Positions 9,020-17,964 of a DNA stretch of 64,000 nt are shown in pieces (the stretch's first letter is position 1; the number at the start of each line of letters is the position of its first letter). Both the position numbers and the translations under genes were made by a program. Under the pieces are notes generated by a model. The model saw only the letters and a program-made list of their open reading frames with translations. It was not told where the DNA came from and ran no database searches. The DNA is from Candidatus Levyibacteriota bacterium (GTDB taxonomy: Bacteria > Patescibacteriota > Microgenomatia > Levybacterales > UBA12049). Where the stretch lies: the NCBI GenBank assembly GCA_049519175.1, contig JBEKQZ010000001.1, positions 463,679 through 527,678 on the forward strand. The letters are read 5' to 3'.

Positions 9020-9104
9020 GCCCAGGTGGCGAAACTGGCAGACGCGATAGGTTTAGGACCTATTGCCCTTTAAAGGCTTGGGAGTTCGAATCTCCCCCTG
9101 GGCA
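9020..9104 (+). tRNA. tRNA-Leu (anticodon UAG)
   Basis: Manual fold: acceptor GCCCAGG/CCTGGGC, 3-bp D-stem, anticodon stem ATAGG/CCTAT with loop TTTAGGA, a long variable arm, T-arm GGGAG-TTCGAAT-CTCCC, and discriminator A. TATAAT lies at 8995-9000. Confidence 0.85.
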
Positions 9105-9110
9105 CAAATT

Positions 9111-9938
9111 ATGAAATCAATCTTAGAAAGACAGGCAGACGGAACAATCAAATTAACCATCACTATTCCTTGGAGCGTGGTCAAAAAGGCCAAAGAAGAA
9201 GCACTTGAGGCCTATTTAGCCTCGGCGCAGCTTCCCGGATTCCGCAAAGGCAAAGCACCTAAGAAGTTGGTTGAGAAAAATGTTGACCAAGACCACCTAA
9301 GAGAAGAGGTCTTACGCAAACTCTTGCCCCAGGGCTACGTAGAGGCTCTAAAGGAGCATGATTTAAAGCCTATCCTTAATCCCAAAATTCACGTTGCAAA
9401 GCTTGAAGAAGACAAGGATTGGACCTTTGACGCTTTTACGGCCGAAGCACCCGAAATTACCCTCGGAGATTATAAAGACAGCGTTAGAAAAGTGACGGCT
9501 AAATCCAAAATAATCGTGCCTGGAAAAGAACCGGCTCCGACCAATTTTGAGGATATCACCAAAGCGATTTTGGAAACTGCCAAAGTCAGAGTTCCCAAAA
9601 TAATTATCGACCAGGAGGTTGACCGGCTTTTGGCGCAAACTTTGGATGAAGTAAAAAGACTTGGTTTAACGCTGGATCAATATCTCGCTTCAACCAATCG
9701 AAATACCGAAGTTTTAAGACAAGAATATGAAAAAAAGGCGGAGAACGATATCCAGTTGGAATTTTTACTGCAAAAAATTGCCGAGGAGGAAAAAATAACG
9801 GTTGAAGATAAGGAAATTGACGAAGCTATCGCACAGGCTAAAACCGACACGGAAAGACAAAATCTCCAAAACAACCGCTACCTTTTAGCCGGTATCATCA
9901 GACAACAAAAAACGCTTGATTTCCTAAGAAGTCTGTGA
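9111..9938 (+). CDS. tig: trigger factor-like chaperone, short form without an obvious PPIase domain
   Basis: GFRKGKAP (the ribosome-binding signature of trigger factor) sits in the N-domain. At 276 aa it is too short for the FKBP domain. The ORF-track start at 9063 was rejected because it overlaps the tRNA. Confidence 0.55.
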   Translation: MKSILERQADGTIKLTITIPWSVVKKAKEEALEAYLASAQLPGFRKGKAPKKLVEKNVDQDHLREEVLRKLLPQGYVEALKEHDLKPILNPKIHVAKLEEDKDWTFDAFTAEAPEITLGDYKDSVRKVTAKSKIIVPGKEPAPTNFEDITKAILETAKVRVPKIIIDQEVDRLLAQTLDEVKRLGLTLDQYLASTNRNTEVLRQEYEKKAENDIQLEFLLQKIAEEEKITVEDKEIDEAIAQAKTDTERQNLQNNRYLLAGIIRQQKTLDFLRSL

Positions 9939-9954
9939 TATATAAGATAACGCT

Positions 9955-10593
9955 ATGGCTACCAAAACAAAACAAGTAAAATTTTCCGATAAAAACTTCA
10001 TCGAGGCCGCCGCAAGAGACATTACAGGCGGCGTTGTAAACTCTGTTAAAAACGACCTTTTGGAAAACAGCATCTCTTCGGCTTGGAAACAATTACTTGC
10101 CAACGCGGAGGATACTGACAATAAAACTTCGCAAATGCAGGCGATGGCCGGCGATTTACAGGAAGGCGAAGAAATCAATCTCTCAAGGAGCGAAAAAAGA
10201 GTCGATATTGACCCCGGAATAAACTACAAAGAAGAAATCCTGCATTTTGAGAAAAAGGAGATGCGTGTTCAGCAAGGACAACTTAATCAAAGAGTTGAAC
10301 AAATTATGATTGAGTTAAAGCAATTAAGCAAGTCCGTTAAGGGCTTAGAAACTCAAGTTAGAGATGTCGATACCAATATGCTTCCGTCAACTCCCGGCAA
10401 GTATCACGAAACATTCTTTGAATATTTGTTAACCGTGTTGAAAAATGCCAGAATTAGGATCGAGGATTCTTCAAATTGGCTTAGCGTTGTCGCGAAAAAA
10501 GCTTCCAAAAAAGGTTATTGGGGCAACGCCAAAAAACATGGCACCAGTTATACTTTATCTGCCGACCGCGCCGTCTCGCAACAAGTTGGATAA
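9955..10593 (+). CDS. hypothetical protein (212 aa)
   Basis: Long ORF with core codon usage. No recognisable motif. Confidence 0.45.
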   Translation: MATKTKQVKFSDKNFIEAAARDITGGVVNSVKNDLLENSISSAWKQLLANAEDTDNKTSQMQAMAGDLQEGEEINLSRSEKRVDIDPGINYKEEILHFEKKEMRVQQGQLNQRVEQIMIELKQLSKSVKGLETQVRDVDTNMLPSTPGKYHETFFEYLLTVLKNARIRIEDSSNWLSVVAKKASKKGYWGNAKKHGTSYTLSADRAVSQQVG

Positions 10594-10601
10594 TTTGCTA
10601 A

Positions 10602-10631
10602 TTGACAAGCTCCGTTAGTCTTCGTTAAAAT
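10602..10631 (+). promoter_or_regulatory. sigma70-like promoter TTGACA-N18-TAAAAT
   Basis: TTGACA at 10602-10607 and TAAAAT at 10626-10631, upstream of a leader with alternative hairpins. Confidence 0.4.
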
Positions 10632-10716
10632 AGTTTTACCAAATGAAATCTTTATTTATTGTCAAGTTCCTTATTAACGCCTAAACGGCGGGAATTGACT
10701 TGTAATAAAGACATAC

Positions 10717-10740
10717 CCGCCTGACAAGGGCGGTTTTTTT
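10717..10740 (+). terminator. intrinsic terminator (CCGCC-tgacaag-GGCGG followed by T7), with a competing upstream GGCGGG antiterminator pairing
   Basis: A 5-bp GC stem with a 7-nt loop is followed by seven T residues. GGCGGG at 10687-10692 can pair with CCCGCC at 10716-10721, and that pairing excludes the terminator. Confidence 0.5.
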
Positions 10741-10815
10741 ATGGAACGGAGCGAATGAAATTTGCGAGTTCGCCTGCAAGCGAAGCGGACAGGCGAGGGT
10801 AGGAGGTGAAATATT

Positions 10816-11007
10816 ATGGCAAGATTAGAAGAAAAAGTAACAGAACGCTTAGGGGTATGGGCAGATGACCCACGTTCTGTTGCAGGAGCAGATGCCATAA
10901 GAGCAGCTTCGGAATACAGACAAACTATGTTGGGACGTTTAGAAAAAAGGGTTGGCGCACCAAGAACGCCACAGCCTATGGAACCAGGACAAGAATATCG
11001 AGTTTAA
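10816..11007 (+). CDS. hypothetical small protein (63 aa)
   Basis: A strong SD (AGGAGGTGAAATATT) lies before the ATG. The region is GC-rich and the aa composition is A/R/G-rich, unlike neighbouring genes. Confidence 0.4.
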   Translation: MARLEEKVTERLGVWADDPRSVAGADAIRAASEYRQTMLGRLEKRVGAPRTPQPMEPGQEYRV

Positions 11008-11011
11008 TAAA

Positions 11012-11040
11012 TTGTAAAGGTGAATTTATTTTGATAGAAT
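11012..11040 (+). promoter_or_regulatory. promoter TTGTAA-N17-TAGAAT upstream of tRNA-Val
   Basis: -35 at 11012-11017 and -10 at 11035-11040. An 11-bp hairpin (aaacgggtctt...aagactcgttt) lies in the pre-tRNA leader. Confidence 0.4.
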
Positions 11041-11072
11041 TAAACGGGTCTTTGAGGGAAGACTCGTTTAAA

Positions 11073-11146
11073 GGGCTCTTAGCTCAGCTGGTTAGAGCGT
11101 TGCATTGACATTGCAAAGGTCAGAAGTTCGAATCTTCTAGGGCCCA
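11073..11146 (+). tRNA. tRNA-Val (anticodon GAC)
   Basis: Manual fold: acceptor GGGCTCT/AGGGCCC, D-arm GCTC-AGCTGGTTA-GAGC, anticodon stem TTGCA/TGCAA with loop TTGACAT, T-arm AGAAG-TTCGAAT-CTTCT, discriminator A. Confidence 0.85.
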
Positions 11147-11148
11147 CT

Positions 11149-11718
11149 ATGACAAGAGATGACGCATATCAAATCCTTAGAGGCTTAGTCAAAAACGAAA
11201 ATTTGATTAAGCACCATCTTGCCTGCGAAGCGGCAATGAAAGCTTTGTATAAAAGGCTCACTCCAAAACAAATTCCGCAAGAACAAGAGAATTGGGGAAT
11301 TGTCGGACTTTTGCACGACGCCGATTATGAACTGTGCAAAAATCACCCCGAAAGACACACTTTAATTTTGGAAGAAAAAATCGGCGATAAATTAGATCCT
11401 AAGTTAATGCATGCGATTAAATCCCACAACTGGCAAAATAACGGCGTAGTGCCGAAAAGCCGGCTCGACTGGAGTATTTATTGCTGTGACGAATTAACCG
11501 GACTGATTATTGCGGCGGCTTTAATTCATCCCGAGAAAAAACTCGCTTTTCTAACGACTGATTTTGTGCTGAAACGTTTTAACGAACCGTCTTTTGCCAA
11601 AGGCGCCAACCGCGCGCCAATTTTAATGTGCGAAAAGGAATTGACTATCCCACTGCCGGAATTTGTCGGAATAGTTTTAAAAGCAATGCAAACAATTTCT
11701 GTGGAATTAGGACTATAA
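11149..11718 (+). CDS. HD-domain phosphohydrolase
   Basis: LLHDADY and downstream His/Asp residues are typical of the HD/HDIG superfamily. Confidence 0.65.
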   Translation: MTRDDAYQILRGLVKNENLIKHHLACEAAMKALYKRLTPKQIPQEQENWGIVGLLHDADYELCKNHPERHTLILEEKIGDKLDPKLMHAIKSHNWQNNGVVPKSRLDWSIYCCDELTGLIIAAALIHPEKKLAFLTTDFVLKRFNEPSFAKGANRAPILMCEKELTIPLPEFVGIVLKAMQTISVELGL

Positions 11719-11727
11719 TTAGAAGTA

Positions 11728-11952
11728 ATGGAAAGACACGAACAGATAAATCAACCGCGCGTTAAAATCTTTATTAATAATTTCATCGGCGGGCTAGCTT
11801 GGGCATTGGGCGCAACCGTCGGACTGGCTCTAATTATTGCTATTTTGACGTTAATTTTAAAAAATGCCAGTTTAGTTCCTTTTATCGGAAGTTTCGTTGC
11901 CGATATTGTAAAATTTGTCATTACCAAGAATCCAAACCTGTTATCTAGATAA
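11728..11952 (+). CDS. small membrane protein (74 aa)
   Basis: Central hydrophobic segment GGLAWALGATVGLALIIAILTLIL. Confidence 0.4.
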   Translation: MERHEQINQPRVKIFINNFIGGLAWALGATVGLALIIAILTLILKNASLVPFIGSFVADIVKFVITKNPNLLSR

Positions 11953-11980
11953 TTTTGCCAATAATTGATAGAATAACCTC

Positions 11981-13198
11981 ATGGATACGAAAATAAAAAG
12001 TCATCAGGAGCTTGGTCAGGAATTGGATTTATTTACATTTTCAGATTTAGTTGGATCAGGCCTTCCGTTGTTTACGCCAAAAGGGACTGTGCTTCGCCGA
12101 ACGCTACAAAGATATATTGAAGATCTTTTGGAAAAACAGGGCTATCAATTTGTTTCAATTCCGCATATCGCCAGAAAAGAACTTTACGAAAAATCGGGAC
12201 ATTTGGAAAAATTCGCCAACGATATGTTTCCGGTAATGCATGCTAAGGGTAGAGACTATATTCTAAAACCGGCAAACTGTCCACATCATACCCAAATTTT
12301 TGCCCGAAAACCAATTTCCTACAAAGACATGCCGCAACGCTACGCCGAAAGCACCACTCAATACCGCTCGGAACAATCAGGAGAATTAGAAGGACTAACC
12401 AGGGTGTTAGGACTCACTTTGGATGATTCACATATTTTTGCCAGACCGGATCAGGTTAAGGAAGAATTTCGACGTGCTTTGGAAGTTAATAAAACTATGC
12501 TTAAAGATTTTGGACTAAAGTATTGGATTAGACTTTCCGCTTGGGATCCAAAAAACCGAGAGAAATATTTGGGTGATGAAAAGAAATGGGAAGAAATGCA
12601 ACATTTAATGGAAGACATTTTAAAGGAGTTGAAAATTGAATATAAGAGAGTAGAAGGGGAAGCAGCCTTTTATGGTCCGAAAATGGATTTGATGGTTAAA
12701 GATTCTCTCGGTAAAGAATGGCAGTTATCGACCATTCAAGTGGACTTTAATTTACCGGACAGATTTGATTTATCATTTGTCGACGAGAACAATCAAAAGG
12801 TTAGACCGATCATGTTGCATCGGGCAACCTTTGGTTCTTACGAAAGATTTTTGGGAATGATTATCGAGCATTTCCAGGGCGCGTTTCCGTTATGGCTTTC
12901 GCCTGTGCAGATTTCACTCTTGCCGATTACCGATGAACAAAATAAATTTACTAAAGAATTAGCGGAAAAATTAAAGACCGAGAATATCAGAGTTGAAGCT
13001 GATTTACGTAACGAAAGACTTCAAGCCAAGATTAGAGAAGCTACTTTACAAAAAGTCCCATATTTAGGTATAATAGGAAAGCAAGAAACGGAAAGCGGTT
13101 CGGTTTCCGTCAGAACAAGACAAGGAAAAGATTTAGGAAAAATAAAAATAGCAGACCTAATTAACAAGTTAAAAGAAGAAATTGATAAAAAGGTATAA
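11981..13198 (+). CDS. thrS: threonyl-tRNA synthetase, catalytic plus anticodon-binding domains only
   Basis: KPANCPHHTQIF corresponds to the ThrRS KPMNCPGH motif. Class II motifs and the C-terminal anticodon-binding domain are present. At 405 aa there is no TGS/editing N-region. Confidence 0.85.
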   Translation: MDTKIKSHQELGQELDLFTFSDLVGSGLPLFTPKGTVLRRTLQRYIEDLLEKQGYQFVSIPHIARKELYEKSGHLEKFANDMFPVMHAKGRDYILKPANCPHHTQIFARKPISYKDMPQRYAESTTQYRSEQSGELEGLTRVLGLTLDDSHIFARPDQVKEEFRRALEVNKTMLKDFGLKYWIRLSAWDPKNREKYLGDEKKWEEMQHLMEDILKELKIEYKRVEGEAAFYGPKMDLMVKDSLGKEWQLSTIQVDFNLPDRFDLSFVDENNQKVRPIMLHRATFGSYERFLGMIIEHFQGAFPLWLSPVQISLLPITDEQNKFTKELAEKLKTENIRVEADLRNERLQAKIREATLQKVPYLGIIGKQETESGSVSVRTRQGKDLGKIKIADLINKLKEEIDKKV

Positions 13199-13802
13199 AA
13201 GGCACGAGGACAATCGAAAATTTTACAGAGTTAACGAGCGGATATATGCTCTGAGCCTTCGCGTTTTAGACGCAGAAGGAAAACAAATCGGAGTACTCTC
13301 GAAATTCGAAGCTCTGGAAGCTGCCCGAAGTCAAGGATTAGACTTGGTAGAGGTTGCCCCAATGGCAAAACCGCCGGTCGCAAAAATAGTAGACTTCAAA
13401 AAATTCTTGTATCAGGAAGAAAAAAAGAAACGCGAGGAAAAGAAAAAAACCAAAGCTTCCGAAACAAAAGAAGTTAGACTCGGACCTTTTATGAGCGAAA
13501 ATGACCTTGGCGTCATGACAAAAAGAGCCAGGGAGTTTTTGGAAAATGGGGATAAAGTCCGACTGGTCGTCTTTTTTTCGGGCAGACAAATAACGCATCC
13601 TGAATTTGGACACAAAGTTTTGGATAAAACAATTGCCGATTTATCCGACGTTTCCAAAGTCGAAAGAGACAGACGCTTGGAGGGAAGAAAATTAATTGTC
13701 TTAATTAGCCCGGATAAGAAAGGATCCGGAAAAGCTACCAAAAGTAGCGAAAATAAAAATGAGCAAGAAGAAAATAAAGAGGTCGGTATCGAGAAGGTTT
13801 GA
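13182..13802 (+). CDS. infC: translation initiation factor IF-3
   Basis: Conserved IF3 N- and C-domains (…GVLSKFEALEAARSQGLDLVEVAPMAKPPVAKIVDF…RLVVFFSGRQITH…). The true start is probably a non-AUG codon downstream of 13182. Confidence 0.85.
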   Translation: MIKRYKRHEDNRKFYRVNERIYALSLRVLDAEGKQIGVLSKFEALEAARSQGLDLVEVAPMAKPPVAKIVDFKKFLYQEEKKKREEKKKTKASETKEVRLGPFMSENDLGVMTKRAREFLENGDKVRLVVFFSGRQITHPEFGHKVLDKTIADLSDVSKVERDRRLEGRKLIVLISPDKKGSGKATKSSENKNEQEENKEVGIEKV

Positions 13803-13956
13803 GGTTACAAAAACCGGAAAAGTTTTGTTTGCTCATCAATACGGCAGTCATAAAAAACTGCATAAATCCAGATCGAGGATCAGAAGACAAAAAGAAATTG
13901 GAATTTTGGGCGGAAGATTTGCGAAAAAAGTGAAAAAAATGTTGGGCGAAGATTAA
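13759..13956 (+). CDS. rpmI: ribosomal protein bL35
   Basis: A 65-aa, very basic protein with K/R-rich RRFEVTKTGKVLFAHQYGSHKK, in the infC-rpmI-rplT order. Confidence 0.8.
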   Translation: MSKKKIKRSVSRRFEVTKTGKVLFAHQYGSHKKLHKSRSRIRRQKEIGILGGRFAKKVKKMLGED

Positions 13957-14091
13957 TGAAACAAAGAAATATTAATTTCCGGCAAAGTAATTCGGAAAGG
14001 GCCGGCGAAAGTTCATACAAAAATTTTCACCGGACAATTGTCAGAAGTTTTAAGAATAGCTTTGTGTCTACGTTAGGTAAATTTAAAAAAT

Positions 14092-14442
14092 ATGGCACGC
14101 GTTAAACGAGGAGTCGTCTCAAGAAGAAAACATAATAAACTGGCCAGCCTGACCAAAGGCTACCGGGGAACCAAAAGCAGACTGATTAAAGCGGCTAAAG
14201 AAGCAAGCCTTCATGCCGGTGCCTACGCCTATCATGGCCGGAAAGTGAAAAAGAGAGATATCCGCGCCTTGTGGATAACCAGAATTTCGGAAGCCGCTAA
14301 AAAAGAAGGCGTTTCTTATAGCCGCTTAATGAACCAGTTTAAAAAAGCGGGCATCGAAGTCGACAGGAAAATTTTAAGCGAGTTAGTCTTAAATGATCCG
14401 GAAACGTTTTCACAGCTTATCAAAGTCTCCAAACCAAACTAA
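14092..14442 (+). CDS. rplT: ribosomal protein bL20
   Basis: MARVKRGVVSRRKHNKLASLTKGYRG... is the canonical bL20 N-terminus. Confidence 0.9.
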   Translation: MARVKRGVVSRRKHNKLASLTKGYRGTKSRLIKAAKEASLHAGAYAYHGRKVKKRDIRALWITRISEAAKKEGVSYSRLMNQFKKAGIEVDRKILSELVLNDPETFSQLIKVSKPN

Positions 14443-14479
14443 TCATCCTTCCTAACATCACTTCTGTTAAAATAAGCCT

Positions 14480-14932
14480 ATGACAATTATTCCTTTTACC
14501 AAACAAGGTTTTGTCGATTTAGAATCGGCGCTCGAAAAAGAAATTGCCAAAAGACCGCTGGCGGTTGAAGCGTTAAAACGCGGCCGGGAAATGGGGGATT
14601 TAAGTGAGAACGGATTATATAAAGCGGCAAAAATGGAATTAGGAGATATTGACCGGCAAATCCGGCATCTTAAAAATCTTTTTCACTACGGCCGGATTTC
14701 CGAACCCAAAGATAATAAGACTACACAGTTGGGACATTTTATTACCGTCGAAACAGAAAACGGCGAAAAGAAATTTCAGATTGTCGGGGAGTGGGAGGCA
14801 AATCCAAGCGAAAATAAAATTTCCCATAAATCGCCAATTGGGCATAACTTGATGGGACGAAAAGCCGGAGAAATAGTTGCAATCAGAACTCCAAACGGAC
14901 TGACTAACTACAAAATCTTATCTATTCAATAA
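14480..14932 (+). CDS. greA: transcription elongation factor GreA
   Basis: The DLSENGLY acidic finger motif and the C-terminal FKBP-like SPIGHNLMGRKAGE. Confidence 0.8.
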   Translation: MTIIPFTKQGFVDLESALEKEIAKRPLAVEALKRGREMGDLSENGLYKAAKMELGDIDRQIRHLKNLFHYGRISEPKDNKTTQLGHFITVETENGEKKFQIVGEWEANPSENKISHKSPIGHNLMGRKAGEIVAIRTPNGLTNYKILSIQ

Positions 14933-14963
14933 GTTCATTCGTTGTTTTAAAAAGCCTCGTTTT

Positions 14964-16016
14964 ATGCTATTCTTGAAGGTAATGGAAGATGAATTGATTG
15001 ATATTAAAAATACCGCCATCTCCTTTATCCTGGAAGCGGAAGATTTGGAGAGTTTGGAAGAAACCAAACTGCAGTTTTTAGGGAGAAGCGGCAAATTAAC
15101 TTTAGCCATTAAAGGCATTACTAAAGTTGCGCCGGAAAAAAGAAAAGAGTTTGGCATTTTAGCTAACGACGTTAAGCAAACCATTGAAGACGCCATTGAA
15201 GCCCAAAAGTTAAAACTCAAAGGGCAGAAATTAACGAGAGTGATTGAGAAAATTGACGTTACTAATCCGGGAATTAAACCGCCTTTAGGCCATTTACATC
15301 TGGTCACACAAGCCATTGAAGAAATCACCGCTATTTTTGGCAAGATCGGTTTTGAAAGAGTCCGCTATCCCGAAGTTGAATGGGACTGGTATGCTTTTGA
15401 GGCTTTAAACTTTCCGGAAGACCACCCGGCCCGTGACGACTGGGAAACATTTTTTATTAAGGCCGCGATCGATCCTAAGAAGGGCCCAATGCTTTTGACG
15501 CCGCATACTTCTTCCGGGCAAATCCGGGAAATGCAAAGAAAAGAGCCACCGATTCGAATGTTAAATATCGCTAAATGCTACCGCCGACAATCCGACGTTT
15601 CGCACGCACCCATGTTTCACCAATTTGAGGGACTTTTAGTTGATAAAAATATTTCCATTACCCATTTAAAAGGAACTTTAGATTATTTTGTCAAGTCCTG
15701 GTTTGGCGAAAAAAGAGAGTTGAGAATCAGACCTTATCATTTTCAGTTTACCGAACCGTCTTTTGAAGTCGACGTTTCTTGCGGCGTATGTTTGGGTAAA
15801 GGTTGCAAGTTGTGCAAAGCCGGTTGGCTGGAAATGGGCGGCGCCGGCATGGTTCACCCGAATGTTTTAAAGATGGGCGGCATAAACCCGGCAAAATATA
15901 CCGGTTTTGCTTTTGGTTGGGGAGTCGAAAGAGTCTTAATGATGCGGGAAGGATTAAAAGTTGACGACTTAAGAATTTTGTATTCGAATAACTTAGAGTT
16001 TTTGGAGCAGTTTTAA
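14964..16016 (+). CDS. pheS: phenylalanyl-tRNA synthetase alpha subunit
   Basis: FNFPEDHPARDDWETFF, HTSSGQIR, and class II motifs 2 and 3. Confidence 0.9.
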   Translation: MLFLKVMEDELIDIKNTAISFILEAEDLESLEETKLQFLGRSGKLTLAIKGITKVAPEKRKEFGILANDVKQTIEDAIEAQKLKLKGQKLTRVIEKIDVTNPGIKPPLGHLHLVTQAIEEITAIFGKIGFERVRYPEVEWDWYAFEALNFPEDHPARDDWETFFIKAAIDPKKGPMLLTPHTSSGQIREMQRKEPPIRMLNIAKCYRRQSDVSHAPMFHQFEGLLVDKNISITHLKGTLDYFVKSWFGEKRELRIRPYHFQFTEPSFEVDVSCGVCLGKGCKLCKAGWLEMGGAGMVHPNVLKMGGINPAKYTGFAFGWGVERVLMMREGLKVDDLRILYSNNLEFLEQF

Positions 16017-17963
16017 ATGAATATTAAAATTTTAGACAGCTGGTTAAGGGATTTTGTTAAAACTAAAGCGGCCCCGCCAAAAATCGGAGAGCTACTTTCA
16101 CTATCGAGCGTCTCGGTGGAAAGAATTGAGAAATATGGAAATGATTTTGTTTATGACATTGAAGTTACTACCAACCGACCCGATTTAATGAGCGTTGTCG
16201 GGCTCGCCAGAGAAACCGCCACGGTTTTAAAGTTGAACGGTATCAACGCCGAGTTTGTTCCGCCAAAATTTACCAAGCCGCAAACTCCAAAAATAAATTT
16301 GATCCAAATAGTCAACGACCCGAAATTAGTTAACCGGATTTGCGCGATAGTTATGGAAATTAGGGTAGGGAAGTCACCAAAAGAAATTCAGGAGCGTCTG
16401 GAAGCTTCGGGAACCAGAAGCTTAAATAATTTAATTGATGTCACCAATTATGTGATGAAAACGATTGGACACCCGACGCATGTTTTTGATTTTGACAGAT
16501 TGAACACCAAAACCTTAACCATCCGTGAAGCCAAGAAGGGCGAGCAGATTAAAACCTTGGACGAAAAAGATTATGTATTAAACGGCGGAGAAATAGTTGC
16601 TGCCAATGACCGCAACGAAACCGTCGACTTGCTGGGAATCATGGGCCTGGAAAACAGTGTCGTCACCGAAAAGACTAAACGGATTTTATTTTTTATCGAC
16701 AACAACCAACCGACCAAAATTAGAAAGGCATCAATGGCTTTAGGAATTAGAACTGAAGCCGCGGTAATTAATGAAAAAAATTTGGACGCCGAGTTAGCTT
16801 ACGATGCTTTGCTTTTTGGCATTGCGATGTTTGCAAGAATTGCCGACGGGAAAATTGTTTCGGACATTATTGATATCTATCCAAATAAAATCAGAGAACA
16901 TTCAATTGAAGTTCCATTGGAAAAAATAAATCAAGTTATTGGAGTAGATGTTGATCCAGAGAAAGCTTTACGCTCTTTATCAAACTTAGGTTTTAAAGCC
17001 CAAATTTCGGGCGGTAAAATAAAAGTCACAGTTCCTTCATTTCGAATCGGCGACGTTGAAATCGAAGAGGATATTATTGAGGAAATTGCCAGAATCTACG
17101 GATATCATAATTTGCCAAGTATTTTGCCCCCGCAGACAGGTGTAATCCCTCACCTGTTTGCTAACCAATTCTACTTTGAACAAAGAGTAAAAAATGCTCT
17201 GAAGTATTGGGGTCTTACCGAAGTTTATTCCTACTCAATGGTTTCCGAAGGATTATTCGAGGGGCCGTTAGAACAGGCAGTGGAAATCAGTAATCCGTTA
17301 AGCGAAGAGTGGGTTTACCTACGCAAAACTTTGGTACCAAGTCTTTTAAAAATTATTTCTGAAAATAAAAGCCAAGAAACGATTAAGATTTTTGAAATTG
17401 CCAACGTTTATAACAAAAAGGTAAATGACCTACCTGAGGAAGTAATGACTTTTGCCGGGGTGATCAAAAAAGATAAAATCTCTTTTTTCGAAGTTAAAGG
17501 CTTAATTGAACAACTCTGTTATGATTTAGGAATTAAAAATTTAAGCTTTAAACAATCGGAAAAGGCGAGTAACGGCTCCTCTATTTACATCGGCAAAGAA
17601 TATCTTGGAGAAATAGAAATTCTGGACGCAAATTTAATTGATTTTGAACTTAATTTTGCCTTACTCTTAAAGCATGCAACACTGCAAAAAGAATATCAAC
17701 CATTAAATAAATTTCCACCCATCGTCGAGGATTTATCAATCGCGATCGATGCTGATGTCGAAACCGAAGCAATCGTTGCTGATATTAGATCGCAAAGCAA
17801 CTTAATTACTGACGTTGACTTAAAGGACTCTTACAAAGGCTCGCGGACTTTTCATCTTAGTTACCAAGACCCGGAAAAAAATTTGACCAACGTTGAAGTT
17901 TCCAAAATTAGGGAAAAAATTATTTCTTCGTTAAAGAAACGGTTTAAAGCCTCTATCCGTTAA
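16017..17963 (+). CDS. pheT: phenylalanyl-tRNA synthetase beta subunit (short, ~650 aa)
   Basis: Start codon abuts the pheS stop (adjacent-gene coupling). B3/4-like, B5 and C-terminal anticodon-binding regions are present. Confidence 0.85.
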   Translation: MNIKILDSWLRDFVKTKAAPPKIGELLSLSSVSVERIEKYGNDFVYDIEVTTNRPDLMSVVGLARETATVLKLNGINAEFVPPKFTKPQTPKINLIQIVNDPKLVNRICAIVMEIRVGKSPKEIQERLEASGTRSLNNLIDVTNYVMKTIGHPTHVFDFDRLNTKTLTIREAKKGEQIKTLDEKDYVLNGGEIVAANDRNETVDLLGIMGLENSVVTEKTKRILFFIDNNQPTKIRKASMALGIRTEAAVINEKNLDAELAYDALLFGIAMFARIADGKIVSDIIDIYPNKIREHSIEVPLEKINQVIGVDVDPEKALRSLSNLGFKAQISGGKIKVTVPSFRIGDVEIEEDIIEEIARIYGYHNLPSILPPQTGVIPHLFANQFYFEQRVKNALKYWGLTEVYSYSMVSEGLFEGPLEQAVEISNPLSEEWVYLRKTLVPSLLKIISENKSQETIKIFEIANVYNKKVNDLPEEVMTFAGVIKKDKISFFEVKGLIEQLCYDLGIKNLSFKQSEKASNGSSIYIGKEYLGEIEILDANLIDFELNFALLLKHATLQKEYQPLNKFPPIVEDLSIAIDADVETEAIVADIRSQSNLITDVDLKDSYKGSRTFHLSYQDPEKNLTNVEVSKIREKIISSLKKRFKASIR

Positions 17964-17964
17964 T

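Noticed and set aside
9063-9110. The ORF-track 5' extension of the trigger-factor gene
   Set aside because: It overlaps the 3' half of tRNA-Leu. The ATG at 9111 follows the tRNA directly.
10674-10898. A 74-aa minus-strand ORF across the GC-rich leader
   Set aside because: It runs antisense through a promoter, a terminator and the start of the SD-bearing 63-aa ORF. High GC alone keeps the frame open.
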